DNA of 64,000 nucleotides from Bdellovibrionales bacterium. Lineage in GTDB: Bacteria; Bdellovibrionota; Bdellovibrionia; Bdellovibrionales; JAUICD01. A program made the translations under genes and the position numbers. The notes below the pieces were generated by a model, which did no database searches, was not told the origin of the DNA, and was given only the letters and a program-made list of their open reading frames with translations. Positions 10,431 to 19,993 of this stretch are shown here, one piece after another; the first letter of the stretch is position 1; each line of letters begins with the position of its first letter. The stretch spans positions 64,001-128,000 of the forward strand of contig CBDANC010000012.1 in NCBI GenBank assembly GCA_965197425.1. The letters run 5' to 3'.

Positions 10431-11042
10431 AAGGTCTTCCAAACTAAGGCAAAAACAAGTGGACTTGTTCACTTTTTTTGACTTAGTGGTTGCCCAGCTC
10501 CGGAACACGATGCCAATCCCGTCACTTAAGGTTTTCCAATGAGGCCGATAAAAGTTGATTGGCGTAGCAGATGTGCAAAGCACGAAGCGAAGCAAAGAAA
10601 CTTTTTTGGCCGAGTGGTTGCCCAGCTTTGGACACTGATGCCGATCCCGTCACTTAAGGTCTTCCGAATGAGGCAAATAAGGGAAGCTTTGCTTTCCTTG
10701 GTTCAATTGGCTTACGGGATAAACCTTTATATTATCCAATTGAAATAACCTCCCTGCGGTCGGTTTTTACCGAATGGCTGTTTCCTGGTGGACCTCACAG
10801 CTAATACTGTCACTATAAACTATTTTACATAACCTTAGGTTATTATTGCAAAATTCATCCATCTATGCTACAAAAGCACTCAAGACAATCAGCTCTACTC
10901 GCTTTACTTAAAAACCAAGAGTTACAGGATCGGCATCGTGTTCCAGAGCTGGGCAACCATCAAACTAAAAGATGTCTTGGCTACATTTGGACTTTGTCTT
11001 ACATTTCACCAATCTATCTTTTAGCTTGATTAGGAAGACCTT
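10431..11042. repeat. Family-1 mosaic repeat, locus C: three tandem units plus one inverted unit; contains the 66-bp element at 10698-10763
   Basis: Starts AAGGTCTTCC and ends GGAAGACCTT; GTGGTTGCCCAGC frame repeated. Confidence 0.92.
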
Positions 11043-11055
11043 ATACTTATTTTAT

Positions 11056-14000
11056 ATGTACATGTATTTAAACTTTACTTTTAGCCTAACTAGAAAAATA
11101 GCACCTCTGTTATTTTTTATTCTCTCCTTCACCAGTGGAGTATCCACCACCAGTGGAGTATACACTTCTGCTCATGCTCAACAAGGTCTAGGTGAATTTG
11201 ATACCTTCACAGATCCTAGTACAACTGATCTTAGATTAGCAGAAAATGCAGTATCTTCATGTGAGGTGTTACAGGAAGTTGCTAAAATTGAAGCAAACAG
11301 TCTATCTTCACAAGAATTTTTCAATAAACTACAAAAGACAGATTCTAATGGAAATTTATTAATTGATACTGAAGATTGTACTGAAAGCATACTTCAGTTT
11401 GTATCATCTCTATGTTCCTCTAATTCAAATACCAACAGGTCATTTTGTAACACCCTTGGCTTCAGTGTGGTTACACCACTCGTAGTGGATACTCCACTGG
11501 TGGTGGATACTCCACTCGTAAATATTAGTAATACTGGTGAAGGTGACTACAAATCTTATGGTAGTTCTGCCCTAGAGAGTTTAGATTTAAACAATTCCAA
11601 TGTTCAAGTTCAACATCCTGATAATAATCCCACATTATCTAACGAAGGAAGTTCTACATTTTCTATAGCAGGACTTCTTTTTTCATTTACTCCCATTAAA
11701 AGATTAAAACTAGCAAGAAACCTAACAAGATCAAACTTAGTAACCTCTAGGATAAAGCCTGTTTTAAATGGAGCTATGTTAATACTAGCTACACTAGGCT
11801 TATCTTCATGTAGTGATGTAACAGAGCCTGAGCCAGTCCCAATAGTAGAAACTCCCTGTACTAGAGGAGAATCAGGATATTTTCAGCTAACTGGTGGCAC
11901 TAACAGTGCTGGTGGTACTAACAGTGCTAGTAATTGCATACAGCTCATAGACCCTCCTACAGTTAGTTATCTTGATAGTGAAGGTAATGTTGTTACGAAC
12001 ACAAATGATATCTCAGATCATTCTATAAAAGTAACATTTGAAGAGCCTGTAAGCTTCATTAGTACAAGTGAGCATGGAAATCTAACTTCCGAAAATGTGG
12101 TTAAGATGGTTGATATAAAGTTAGGCAATGTAGATCTTTTAGATGTTGGATTTGTTTTTACTATAGAGGTTTCAAGTGATGAGGCATCTTTCACTCTGAC
12201 TCCGAAAACCACCTATCCTGCTGGAGATTATGTAGTTGGTGTAAGTAACTATGCAAAGAAGGCTGATATATCTAAGATAGCTGCTAGTACTAACAGAGCT
12301 CAGTATCTTAGCAGGGTTAATGATATGTCACAGTCTTTGTCTTCTTTCAATGTACACACCCCCTGCAGTAGAGGAGAGGAAGGTTATTTTGAGCTTCAAA
12401 ACTCAAGTGTTATGACGGATTGTATTAAGCTTACACTTCCTACTATTAGTTATCTTGATGAAGAAGGTAACACTGTAGAAGATACATCTACAATCTCAGA
12501 TCACTCTATAAAAGTAACCTTCGATGGGAGGGTCAGTTATATAGACTCTTCTCGTTATGAAGGTCTAACAGCGGCTTTTGCAAGAAACATGATAGAGTTA
12601 AACATAAACAGTGAGAATTTATTAACTGGTACTTTTAGATTTCAGATAGAAGCTGGAGTTGAAGAAGATGAAAGCTCATTTTTTATCTTAACTCCAATTT
12701 CAAGTTATCCTGCTGGAAGTTACTCAGTAAAAGTAAAAAACTATGTTAGCTCTTCAGATGCTTCAAAGATTGCAAATGCTACTAATACAGAAAACTATCT
12801 TGCACTAATCAACAAGGAATATTCTTCATTTTCAACACCTAATATTAGCACTCTGTGTGAAGAGAATGCTTCTGGATACTTTGAGCTAACAAATGAAAAT
12901 GGTTCGAAGGACTGCATTAGAATTCCTCAAGTGGTGTTTACTTTTACCCCTAGGGGTGGAAGAGAGATGATCGAGTCAAACTTTGACCCGACTTCAGTTA
13001 TAAAGATTTATTTTGATTTAGAGGTAGTGTATTTATCTGACTCCGGTGAGTGGCGAGAGATTACCAAGGAAGATATTTTAGAGATGGTAGAAATTTCTGT
13101 AAAACCTGAATACAGCTCAAGAAAGGTTGATCATGTGAATACGGATGGTGCTATAGGTTTGGACCTAGTATCGGTAAGTCATGTTGGAGGTAAGACTGTT
13201 ATTACCATAGATTCTCCTTATGATCACACACATGAAGATGGAAGGATCTATGGTTTTCATGTCCCTTATAATATTATAGTCACAAACTTTGCTAAAAAAA
13301 CTGATGTATCTAAAGTTGCAAGTAGTAGCTCTATTAACTCTTATTTAGAGGACACCGCAACCTTTTATCAAGGAATACATGGTGGGCTGTATAAGCCAAC
13401 CTCTTGTGATCTAGGATATGCACAATCTGCCGCAAATTATGATCAGTATAATGATGCAGAAGAGTTAGATCACTTTATATGTGAGACTGATAAGATGCTG
13501 GATACATTTTTACCTCCATCAGGAGACATTGCCTTTGATATGGCAATGTTCGATGCAAATAATGATGCTGATATGACTCACTTAGAAAAAACCGATCCTG
13601 GTACAAGGCATGTTATTGATCTTGCGTTTGTTACTTCGGATGTTCTTTTTGAAAATGCTAGTGGTGATTGGCGTACATATTTCGAAGATAAAGTTATTAA
13701 AGGCTTAAACAAGATGTTTCAATACTCCGGGGTGAATGTTGAATTTAGAGTTTCTGTGATTGGCCCTTTTTCTGATTATAGAGGGTATTTGTATTGTGAT
13801 CTCCCTACCATAGAAAACGTAGTTAACCCTCAAACTGGGCTTGGAAGCGAAGCACAAGCTATTTCAGAATTAATTCCGATCATTCGCAAAAAACATCCTG
13901 TTGATATATTTGTTGTAATGGTTCCATATGGTGGAGGATATGCGGTGATAGGTGATGGTCTTAGACACTTCCCTGTTTCAGCTAGATGGAGTTCTTCACT

Positions 14001-14574
14001 TGCTATGCCAGTCTCTTCGGGTTTGTTTGATATGAGTCTTGGTGAAACACAACTTGAATCTCGTGCTACTGCTGCTAGAAATCTTCTTGCACATGAAATT
14101 GGTCATGTTTTACGACTACATCATGATGTGGATACTCTGATAGAAGCGGGAGCGTCCGTAGAATCACTTAGGAACACAATATACTGGACGAATGTTACTA
14201 CCTTTGCTTATGGGTACGGTGGTAATCGTAGTGATGAACCCATTGGAACTATAATGGCTTATTCTAGATTGAGTCAATTTATCCCTTTATTTAGTGCAGA
14301 CAAGCAAATTTTAAGATCTGAGCTTTGCGACACTGTGGATGGGATCGATGAAACTCACAAATATGGTTACTGTAATAGTAGTAACCCACATCCTGATAGA
14401 TTGATTAAGATTGGTGGTTCTTATAAGTATGGTATGTTTGTAGATGCATCGGAAGCAATGCAATACACGGTTGGAGTTGTTTCTGAATACTCTGATGTAG
14501 GTGCTGCTCCTTTAGATCTTTCGACAGTTTCCAACGCAGTAACTGCGAGGACACTGAGAGCTAACCACCGATAA
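11056..14574 (+). CDS. Large exported protein with internal repeats and a C-terminal metzincin (reprolysin-like) zinc protease domain
   Basis: HEIGHVLRLHHD and Met-turn TIMAY; three C..GYF(E/Q)L..CI..P repeats. The ORF-track N-terminus (10972-11042) is repeat-derived, so the start is moved to ATG 11056 or 11062. Confidence 0.8.
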   Translation: MYMYLNFTFSLTRKIAPLLFFILSFTSGVSTTSGVYTSAHAQQGLGEFDTFTDPSTTDLRLAENAVSSCEVLQEVAKIEANSLSSQEFFNKLQKTDSNGNLLIDTEDCTESILQFVSSLCSSNSNTNRSFCNTLGFSVVTPLVVDTPLVVDTPLVNISNTGEGDYKSYGSSALESLDLNNSNVQVQHPDNNPTLSNEGSSTFSIAGLLFSFTPIKRLKLARNLTRSNLVTSRIKPVLNGAMLILATLGLSSCSDVTEPEPVPIVETPCTRGESGYFQLTGGTNSAGGTNSASNCIQLIDPPTVSYLDSEGNVVTNTNDISDHSIKVTFEEPVSFISTSEHGNLTSENVVKMVDIKLGNVDLLDVGFVFTIEVSSDEASFTLTPKTTYPAGDYVVGVSNYAKKADISKIAASTNRAQYLSRVNDMSQSLSSFNVHTPCSRGEEGYFELQNSSVMTDCIKLTLPTISYLDEEGNTVEDTSTISDHSIKVTFDGRVSYIDSSRYEGLTAAFARNMIELNINSENLLTGTFRFQIEAGVEEDESSFFILTPISSYPAGSYSVKVKNYVSSSDASKIANATNTENYLALINKEYSSFSTPNISTLCEENASGYFELTNENGSKDCIRIPQVVFTFTPRGGREMIESNFDPTSVIKIYFDLEVVYLSDSGEWREITKEDILEMVEISVKPEYSSRKVDHVNTDGAIGLDLVSVSHVGGKTVITIDSPYDHTHEDGRIYGFHVPYNIIVTNFAKKTDVSKVASSSSINSYLEDTATFYQGIHGGLYKPTSCDLGYAQSAANYDQYNDAEELDHFICETDKMLDTFLPPSGDIAFDMAMFDANNDADMTHLEKTDPGTRHVIDLAFVTSDVLFENASGDWRTYFEDKVIKGLNKMFQYSGVNVEFRVSVIGPFSDYRGYLYCDLPTIENVVNPQTGLGSEAQAISELIPIIRKKHPVDIFVVMVPYGGGYAVIGDGLRHFPVSARWSSSLAMPVSSGLFDMSLGETQLESRATAARNLLAHEIGHVLRLHHDVDTLIEAGASVESLRNTIYWTNVTTFAYGYGGNRSDEPIGTIMAYSRLSQFIPLFSADKQILRSELCDTVDGIDETHKYGYCNSSNPHPDRLIKIGGSYKYGMFVDASEAMQYTVGVVSEYSDVGAAPLDLSTVSNAVTARTLRANHR
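11130..11165. repeat. Two tandem 18-bp palindromic units inside the CDS (reverse orientation)
   Basis: CACCAGTGGAGTATCCAC CACCAGTGGAGTATACAC. Confidence 0.9.
11467..11520. repeat. Three tandem 18-bp palindromic units inside the CDS
   Basis: GTGGTTACACCACTCGTA GTGGATACTCCACTGGTG GTGGATACTCCACTCGTA, encoding VVTPLV-VDTPLV-VDTPLV. Confidence 0.92.
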
Positions 14575-14708
14575 TAAACCGAGTTTCGCTTGGTTCTTGG
14601 CGGTGGTCGAATTTGTTTTCGCACAGATTATAGGTGTTAAAGGGTTATCAAAGTGATAAGGAAAAGAAGAGTGTGTTTTAGCTAAAACATATCAATAATA
14701 ACAATACC

Positions 14709-17700
14709 TTAAATGGTATAACAATGCCCTGTCATGCTTGCGTCAAAGACATTAACCGTGCACTGGTAGGGTGTAGGGCAGTCGTGGTGATTCTCACACC
14801 TTATTTCAGTACATTGCCAAGGGCAGCAATCACATACCTCAGTTGCACCACAATTTGTATTAGTCCAACATTCTACACCACTTTCGCTCCTACTTGTAGC
14901 ATTACAACTCGGATCAGAAGTATTAGGATAACCCGACATACTACCACTGCCACAGGTAACACCACAACTCGCTTTGCAGGTTGGAGGACTACCAGGACAA
15001 CAGTTTGGAGTAGCTCCAGAACAGGTAGGACCAGTTGAAGTACAACATCCTGTACCAGCGTCACATGTTCCACCACAACCACAATCTGCATTGCTAGAGC
15101 AAGGGGTGCTGCAAACAGGGACACAACCACCACTACCGTCACATGTTGTTCCTGGTGGGCATGTTTGTGGAGTACCACATGGTTTATCGCATGTGGTACA
15201 TGTAGCTGTATTTGATACACAAGTTGGTTGTCCTGTAACCGGAGTGCCACACAGCTTAGGGCATGTGGTACATGTAGCCGGATTGGCAGTACAAGTTGAT
15301 GGGCCTTGTTCGCATACCCAACTTCCGTTTTTACATTGAGCAGTCTCACAATTATCGCTATCGCAAGTTGGTGGTGTGCCTGAACATGGAGGACAGGTTG
15401 ACGGTTCATTACAAATTCCACCATTACATATTCCACAGGAGCGACAACCCCCCGACTTATTTCTTGGAATTTCAGTTGTACTGTTAGGATCAGTGCACTG
15501 TTGACATTCGGGATCGGTTATTCGTGATCCACAAGTTTGAGGAATATAGCAAGTACCGCTACCATTACATATTTGAGGAGGTACACATTTTGATGTTGGA
15601 GATGCACAGTTATCGGCACACTGTTCACATGCAGCATTATTTGCAACACAAGGAGCTTTACAAACTGGAGGATTCACACCAGTACAACAGTTTTCTCCAG
15701 TTGGACATCCACTACTTGTATCGCATTCCCAACCTCCACTACCACATATAACAGCCTGACAAGTGGCAGCACAATCTGGTTGTGCGCCTGAACAAGTAAC
15801 ACAAATAGAAGTACAAGTCCCTGGATTTTGACATGTTGGGGTTGGAACAGCACAGTCACCAGCCCCACTACAAGTAGGAGTTTTGCAAATTGCACCACAC
15901 CTAACTTGACCAGAAGGACATGGATTATCTACACAACTGGAACTACAAGTTCCTGCATCGCTACAAGATTTGCCTGCACCGCAGTCACTATTACTATTAC
16001 AAGTAACAGGACAACAACTAGAGCCACAATTTCCTGCACCTTGACATACTCCACCAGGACAGTCAGCATCACTATTACAACCAACACCACCAACACAAGT
16101 AACACAACTAGCACTACATTGTCCTGCATCTTGACATGTTTTACCTGCATTGCAGTCGCCATCATCATCACAAGCAACAGAACAACAATTAGTTCTGCAC
16201 TGATTATCAGGACAACAAGTCTGACCAGTTGGGCATGGATTAGGAGTACACACTGGAGGAGGCGGTGGCGGGGGTGGAGGATCTACACAACCTCCACTAC
16301 CATCACATACCTTGCCGCCTGAACATCTATTAACTGGAGATGAGCATGGACCGTGGCATTCTTCGCAGTTATTAGAACTTGCATTACATGGGGCCCTACA
16401 ACTGTAAGAACAACATATATCACCACCACAGTGACCGTCATTAAGACACTCAACACAATTACTAGCACCATCACAGTACGGAGTACCACCACCACACTTA
16501 TACTGACAGACACCAGGAGTACCAAAACTACAACTAAAACAATTAGGGGTATTACAAGGCGTAGCCCCTGTACAAATACCACAACCTAGACCATTGGTAT
16601 TACAGGTAGCTCCACATGTAGGATCCTCATTAAATCCACAACTCACACTACTAGGACATGAACGATCCACTGTCCTATTTAAAGAATCAAGAGGATGAGA
16701 ACAGTTAGTACAAGGACCTCCTGTAGGACAAAGAAAAGGATTGTAGTTGTTAACACCACTACAACAATTTACACCAGCCTTATAACAGGTAACTCCACCT
16801 AAGCTTGCAGAACCTCCATGACAAGATTGTCTGGTGGTCTCAGGGTAATCACGCATATAACCTTGGCCACATTGCACACAGGCTGTACCATCGTTTACAC
16901 ACTGCTCAACCCAATAATCACAGGTAACTCCAGTACCATTAACAGGACGAACAGGGCTGTTCGCAGGACCTGTCCTCTCCTCTATGGAATCATCAAAATA
17001 ATTATTGTAAATTCTAATATTACTAAGCTTTACACAACTAGATGTACCGTTAGTTATACCATTACCTAATAATAGATTAAATGTATGCTCACAATCACTC
17101 CGAGCATTATAAAATGGATTATCTATCCTACGGTTGTACTTAGCAATATTAGGATCAGGATTTGTAACACCACAGTTTTTGGGAGGAGTTGCGTAGATGC
17201 CAGAAGCATGAGTATTACCAAACTGTGCACAGTTGTAGGCAAAAACCCTATGCTCCTCTGTATAATCATCACTCTGTATCTGTCCGTTTTCTGTGGCAGA
17301 GTAATCATTACCATATTCATCTACTAACTTAAATCTAACTCTATAATCAGCATCCTGATCTTCATCAGGCCAACTGGATACATTTAAATTATCTAACTCA
17401 AGTCCTAACTTACCATCATCTACGCTAGATAAACTAGCTATCAATGAAGCACGATTAGGTTGACTAGAGGTAAGCTTAAAGTTCTCACATAAATCCCACC
17501 TAGGTGAACTTGTACTGCCATCCGTACTACCATACTCAGTACCACTTCTTCTTATACCAAGCTTATGTACACCACCATTACCAAAAGGCCTATAGGAGCT
17601 TAAACCTGCTATATCATCACAATCGGGGGGGCCTTTAACACAGTCCTCAAAACTACTCTTATCAAAACCACATAAAAAGACTCCTCTAAAATCTTCCTCA

Positions 17701-19310
17701 TCATCAGCAAAGGAACTAGGGTTGTTTACATCTCTCCAAACCTTACCAATATTCCTAAAGTTCAATGTCAATTCATCAGCATAATCACTAAGAGTAGTAT
17801 GAGCATTACCATCAGGCTTAGTAGGGATAGAATCAGCAGCACCATACTTATAACCAACATTTAAACCAGGGTTGTTTTGAAGAGGGTGAGTTGTGGAAGC
17901 TATAAAATCATTAGAACCATCTTTAATCTCTCTGTCATGGTGAACATATACAGGTCTTCTAGATGGAGGAACTGCAAAGCTGTTAGCATAAGCAAATAAC
18001 TTATTTGACTTACAGGATCTTTCTAACTTATCCACACCAGGTCTTGTTTTAACTTCAACAAATAACTTCAAACCTACATCTGACCTCATCTGGGCTGAAG
18101 TTAGACTCCTCTCCAGCTTATAACCAATCTTATTCTGTCTCTCTAATTCGTTGGTGCCTAAAACACTATCTGTAATGTATCTATCGTACTTAGAATGAGG
18201 TCTTAGAAAGACTGCTGGATGAACCTTAGTATCAGTACAACCAAGAGCACTACGATTAGATAAACTCCAAGGCCTTATACCTATCTTCACATCATATGGC
18301 TGAGCAGTATTAGTATAACTAGTACTATAATCAGTAAAACCTGCTAAGAGATGCAAATTTAAGGCATTTTTGAGACTCTTGGATAAACCATATAAGTACT
18401 CAGAGGTAAAAGTATCCCAAGCATAATGATTAGAAGATAAATTAGCATCAGCCATTTCCTTATAGTAATCAGGTTCAGGTCCTGGAGTTGCTGGTTTTAC
18501 ATCATCTAGCTTCTTATGTAAGTCTATCAGCTTAGCAGTGTTACCAGCCTCGTAGGTAATCACCATATCATCGGCAAGATCAAAGGTCAGGTTATCTACA
18601 TTAGATGGACATATGGTAGAACGATACTCGTTAAATAAATCTTCTACTAAACTAACACCACTACCTCTATGAAACTTATCTACTTTCAAAGTAATGTGAC
18701 TATTACTACCATGAGGCTCTATAACAAGATTAGGACCAGCATTATGAGTAGCCTCTCCACTAGTGTTTACAGATATAGTGCTTCTTTCTTCTATAGCTGC
18801 TTCAAAATCAGTAGGAGGAGTACCAGGAAAGTGTTCGGAGTTAAGCAAAACAATAGGTTCTAAGCCACCCTGAGAAAATCTCTCCATTACATTAGTAGCT
18901 ATAGCTGCACATTCATAGGAATCATCAGTCAACTTAGATGCCGTGTTCATCTGACCAGATATAAATGTAACTACAAAACCAGATATGGATACTAAAGCTA
19001 AACCAACTACAGTCTCTATTAAAGTAAAACCACCACCTTGCAGGTGGGGGCATTTACCACCAGTAGAGTACCCACCACCTTGCAGGCGGAGGCATTTTAA
19101 TAGAGGCTTAAACAAACTTTTATTCTGTTTGAAATATGCATTATTTAAACGTAACTTTAAACCTCTATGCGGAATTTTAGAGGGGGGGGGTACAGCTAAA
19201 TATTCGTTATTACTAGTGTTTTTAGTATTAGCTTCTTTATCAGCAACTCCACCAACAGCACTACTGTCAATACCCCTGTGAGAGTTTTTGTTTCGAAAGC
19301 CCCATCCCAT
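14709..19310 (-). CDS. Giant type IV pilin/pseudopilin-like protein with a long Cys-rich C-terminal region (start uncertain)
   Basis: G|FTLIETVVGLALVSISGFVV class III signal; dense Cys repeats over the C-terminal half; poly-Pro hinge. Confidence 0.8.
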   Translation of the reverse strand: MGWGFRNKNSHRGIDSSAVGGVADKEANTKNTSNNEYLAVPPPSKIPHRGLKLRLNNAYFKQNKSLFKPLLKCLRLQGGGYSTGGKCPHLQGGGFTLIETVVGLALVSISGFVVTFISGQMNTASKLTDDSYECAAIATNVMERFSQGGLEPIVLLNSEHFPGTPPTDFEAAIEERSTISVNTSGEATHNAGPNLVIEPHGSNSHITLKVDKFHRGSGVSLVEDLFNEYRSTICPSNVDNLTFDLADDMVITYEAGNTAKLIDLHKKLDDVKPATPGPEPDYYKEMADANLSSNHYAWDTFTSEYLYGLSKSLKNALNLHLLAGFTDYSTSYTNTAQPYDVKIGIRPWSLSNRSALGCTDTKVHPAVFLRPHSKYDRYITDSVLGTNELERQNKIGYKLERSLTSAQMRSDVGLKLFVEVKTRPGVDKLERSCKSNKLFAYANSFAVPPSRRPVYVHHDREIKDGSNDFIASTTHPLQNNPGLNVGYKYGAADSIPTKPDGNAHTTLSDYADELTLNFRNIGKVWRDVNNPSSFADDEEDFRGVFLCGFDKSSFEDCVKGPPDCDDIAGLSSYRPFGNGGVHKLGIRRSGTEYGSTDGSTSSPRWDLCENFKLTSSQPNRASLIASLSSVDDGKLGLELDNLNVSSWPDEDQDADYRVRFKLVDEYGNDYSATENGQIQSDDYTEEHRVFAYNCAQFGNTHASGIYATPPKNCGVTNPDPNIAKYNRRIDNPFYNARSDCEHTFNLLLGNGITNGTSSCVKLSNIRIYNNYFDDSIEERTGPANSPVRPVNGTGVTCDYWVEQCVNDGTACVQCGQGYMRDYPETTRQSCHGGSASLGGVTCYKAGVNCCSGVNNYNPFLCPTGGPCTNCSHPLDSLNRTVDRSCPSSVSCGFNEDPTCGATCNTNGLGCGICTGATPCNTPNCFSCSFGTPGVCQYKCGGGTPYCDGASNCVECLNDGHCGGDICCSYSCRAPCNASSNNCEECHGPCSSPVNRCSGGKVCDGSGGCVDPPPPPPPPPVCTPNPCPTGQTCCPDNQCRTNCCSVACDDDGDCNAGKTCQDAGQCSASCVTCVGGVGCNSDADCPGGVCQGAGNCGSSCCPVTCNSNSDCGAGKSCSDAGTCSSSCVDNPCPSGQVRCGAICKTPTCSGAGDCAVPTPTCQNPGTCTSICVTCSGAQPDCAATCQAVICGSGGWECDTSSGCPTGENCCTGVNPPVCKAPCVANNAACEQCADNCASPTSKCVPPQICNGSGTCYIPQTCGSRITDPECQQCTDPNSTTEIPRNKSGGCRSCGICNGGICNEPSTCPPCSGTPPTCDSDNCETAQCKNGSWVCEQGPSTCTANPATCTTCPKLCGTPVTGQPTCVSNTATCTTCDKPCGTPQTCPPGTTCDGSGGCVPVCSTPCSSNADCGCGGTCDAGTGCCTSTGPTCSGATPNCCPGSPPTCKASCGVTCGSGSMSGYPNTSDPSCNATSRSESGVECWTNTNCGATEVCDCCPWQCTEIRCENHHDCPTPYQCTVNVFDASMTGHCYTI

Positions 19311-19535
19311 GAAGCAAGATCATAGCAAACAAGATACACATTGCTATAACTTTTTTTAGAAATATCAGTATTTTTTATTCTCCCGGAATGATGTCTTTGG
19401 ATAAGACACAATTCGTAGAGAATGAGCGTGTTTAAGACCTGCAGCTGGGAGAAGCGTTGGGGTTTAAAGTAGGCGGGCCACAAGTACTCGTTGGGGTAGC
19501 ACTAAATACAACATTGATAGCCTAAGATTGGTAGC

Positions 19536-19949
19536 TTAAGTGCCACATTTTTTCATATCTACTTCATACTCCTGGCCAAACTTTCTTGTACCATCAACTA
19601 ATTGAACTGACCTTATAAAAAACTTATAATGCTCTTTATCTAAATTATTAAACAAAATGCCGCTATCACCAATGGGATAGGTGTTTGAACCATCGTTATC
19701 TAAGGTAATACCACCACAATCCAAAAATTGAGTATCAGCAATAGGGACAGTTCTCTTACACTGAAAAAAAGTATCGTCTAATAATGAAGCCACATTAAGT
19801 GTAACAGCCTTACTATCATCTATACACCCAGGTGTTATCATAAATGGCATAGATGAAGCATGATTCACAGAAGTAATATCAGTAGTACAATTTTGATATG
19901 CAAAAATTGAAACCACTAAACATAAAAAAAATACTACAGGCCTTATCAC
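19536..19949 (-). CDS. Short YQNC-family exported protein
   Basis: IFAYQNC; shares CKRTVPIADTQFLDCGGITLDNDGS with its neighbour. Confidence 0.75.
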   Translation of the reverse strand: MIRPVVFFLCLVVSIFAYQNCTTDITSVNHASSMPFMITPGCIDDSKAVTLNVASLLDDTFFQCKRTVPIADTQFLDCGGITLDNDGSNTYPIGDSGILFNNLDKEHYKFFIRSVQLVDGTRKFGQEYEVDMKKCGT

Positions 19950-19993
19950 AACTGACCCCTTTTTATTTTTTCACAAACACAAATTTGCTAATT

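Noticed and set aside
10431..10540. Integron attC sites
   Set aside because: No complementary RYYYAAC/GTTRRRY pair, no cassette-like gene array and no integrase.
10539..10748. Short ORFs over repeat loci (also 2186-2371, 22030-22248, 29755-30012, 34641-34874, 38975-39367, 39162-39428, 51823-52119, 57538-57816)
   Set aside because: They are incidental translations of repeat modules in varying frames and strands.
10972..11055. ORF-track N-terminus MSWLHLDFVLHFTNLSF of the 1200-aa protein
   Set aside because: It is a translation of the repeat (same peptide at 34641), so it is probably not the native start.
11891..11928. GGTNSA-GGTNSA 18-bp duplication as another mobile unit
   Set aside because: It has a small hairpin, but I found no other copy in the window; a simple local duplication suffices.
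14577..14595. AACCGAG/CTTGGTT hairpin as an intrinsic terminator
   Set aside because: Weak stem and no clear U-tract; not supportable as a feature.
14724..17327. Many overlapping ORFs within the giant pilin gene
   Set aside because: Shadow frames caused by TGT/GGT/ACA-rich codon usage in the Cys-rich region.
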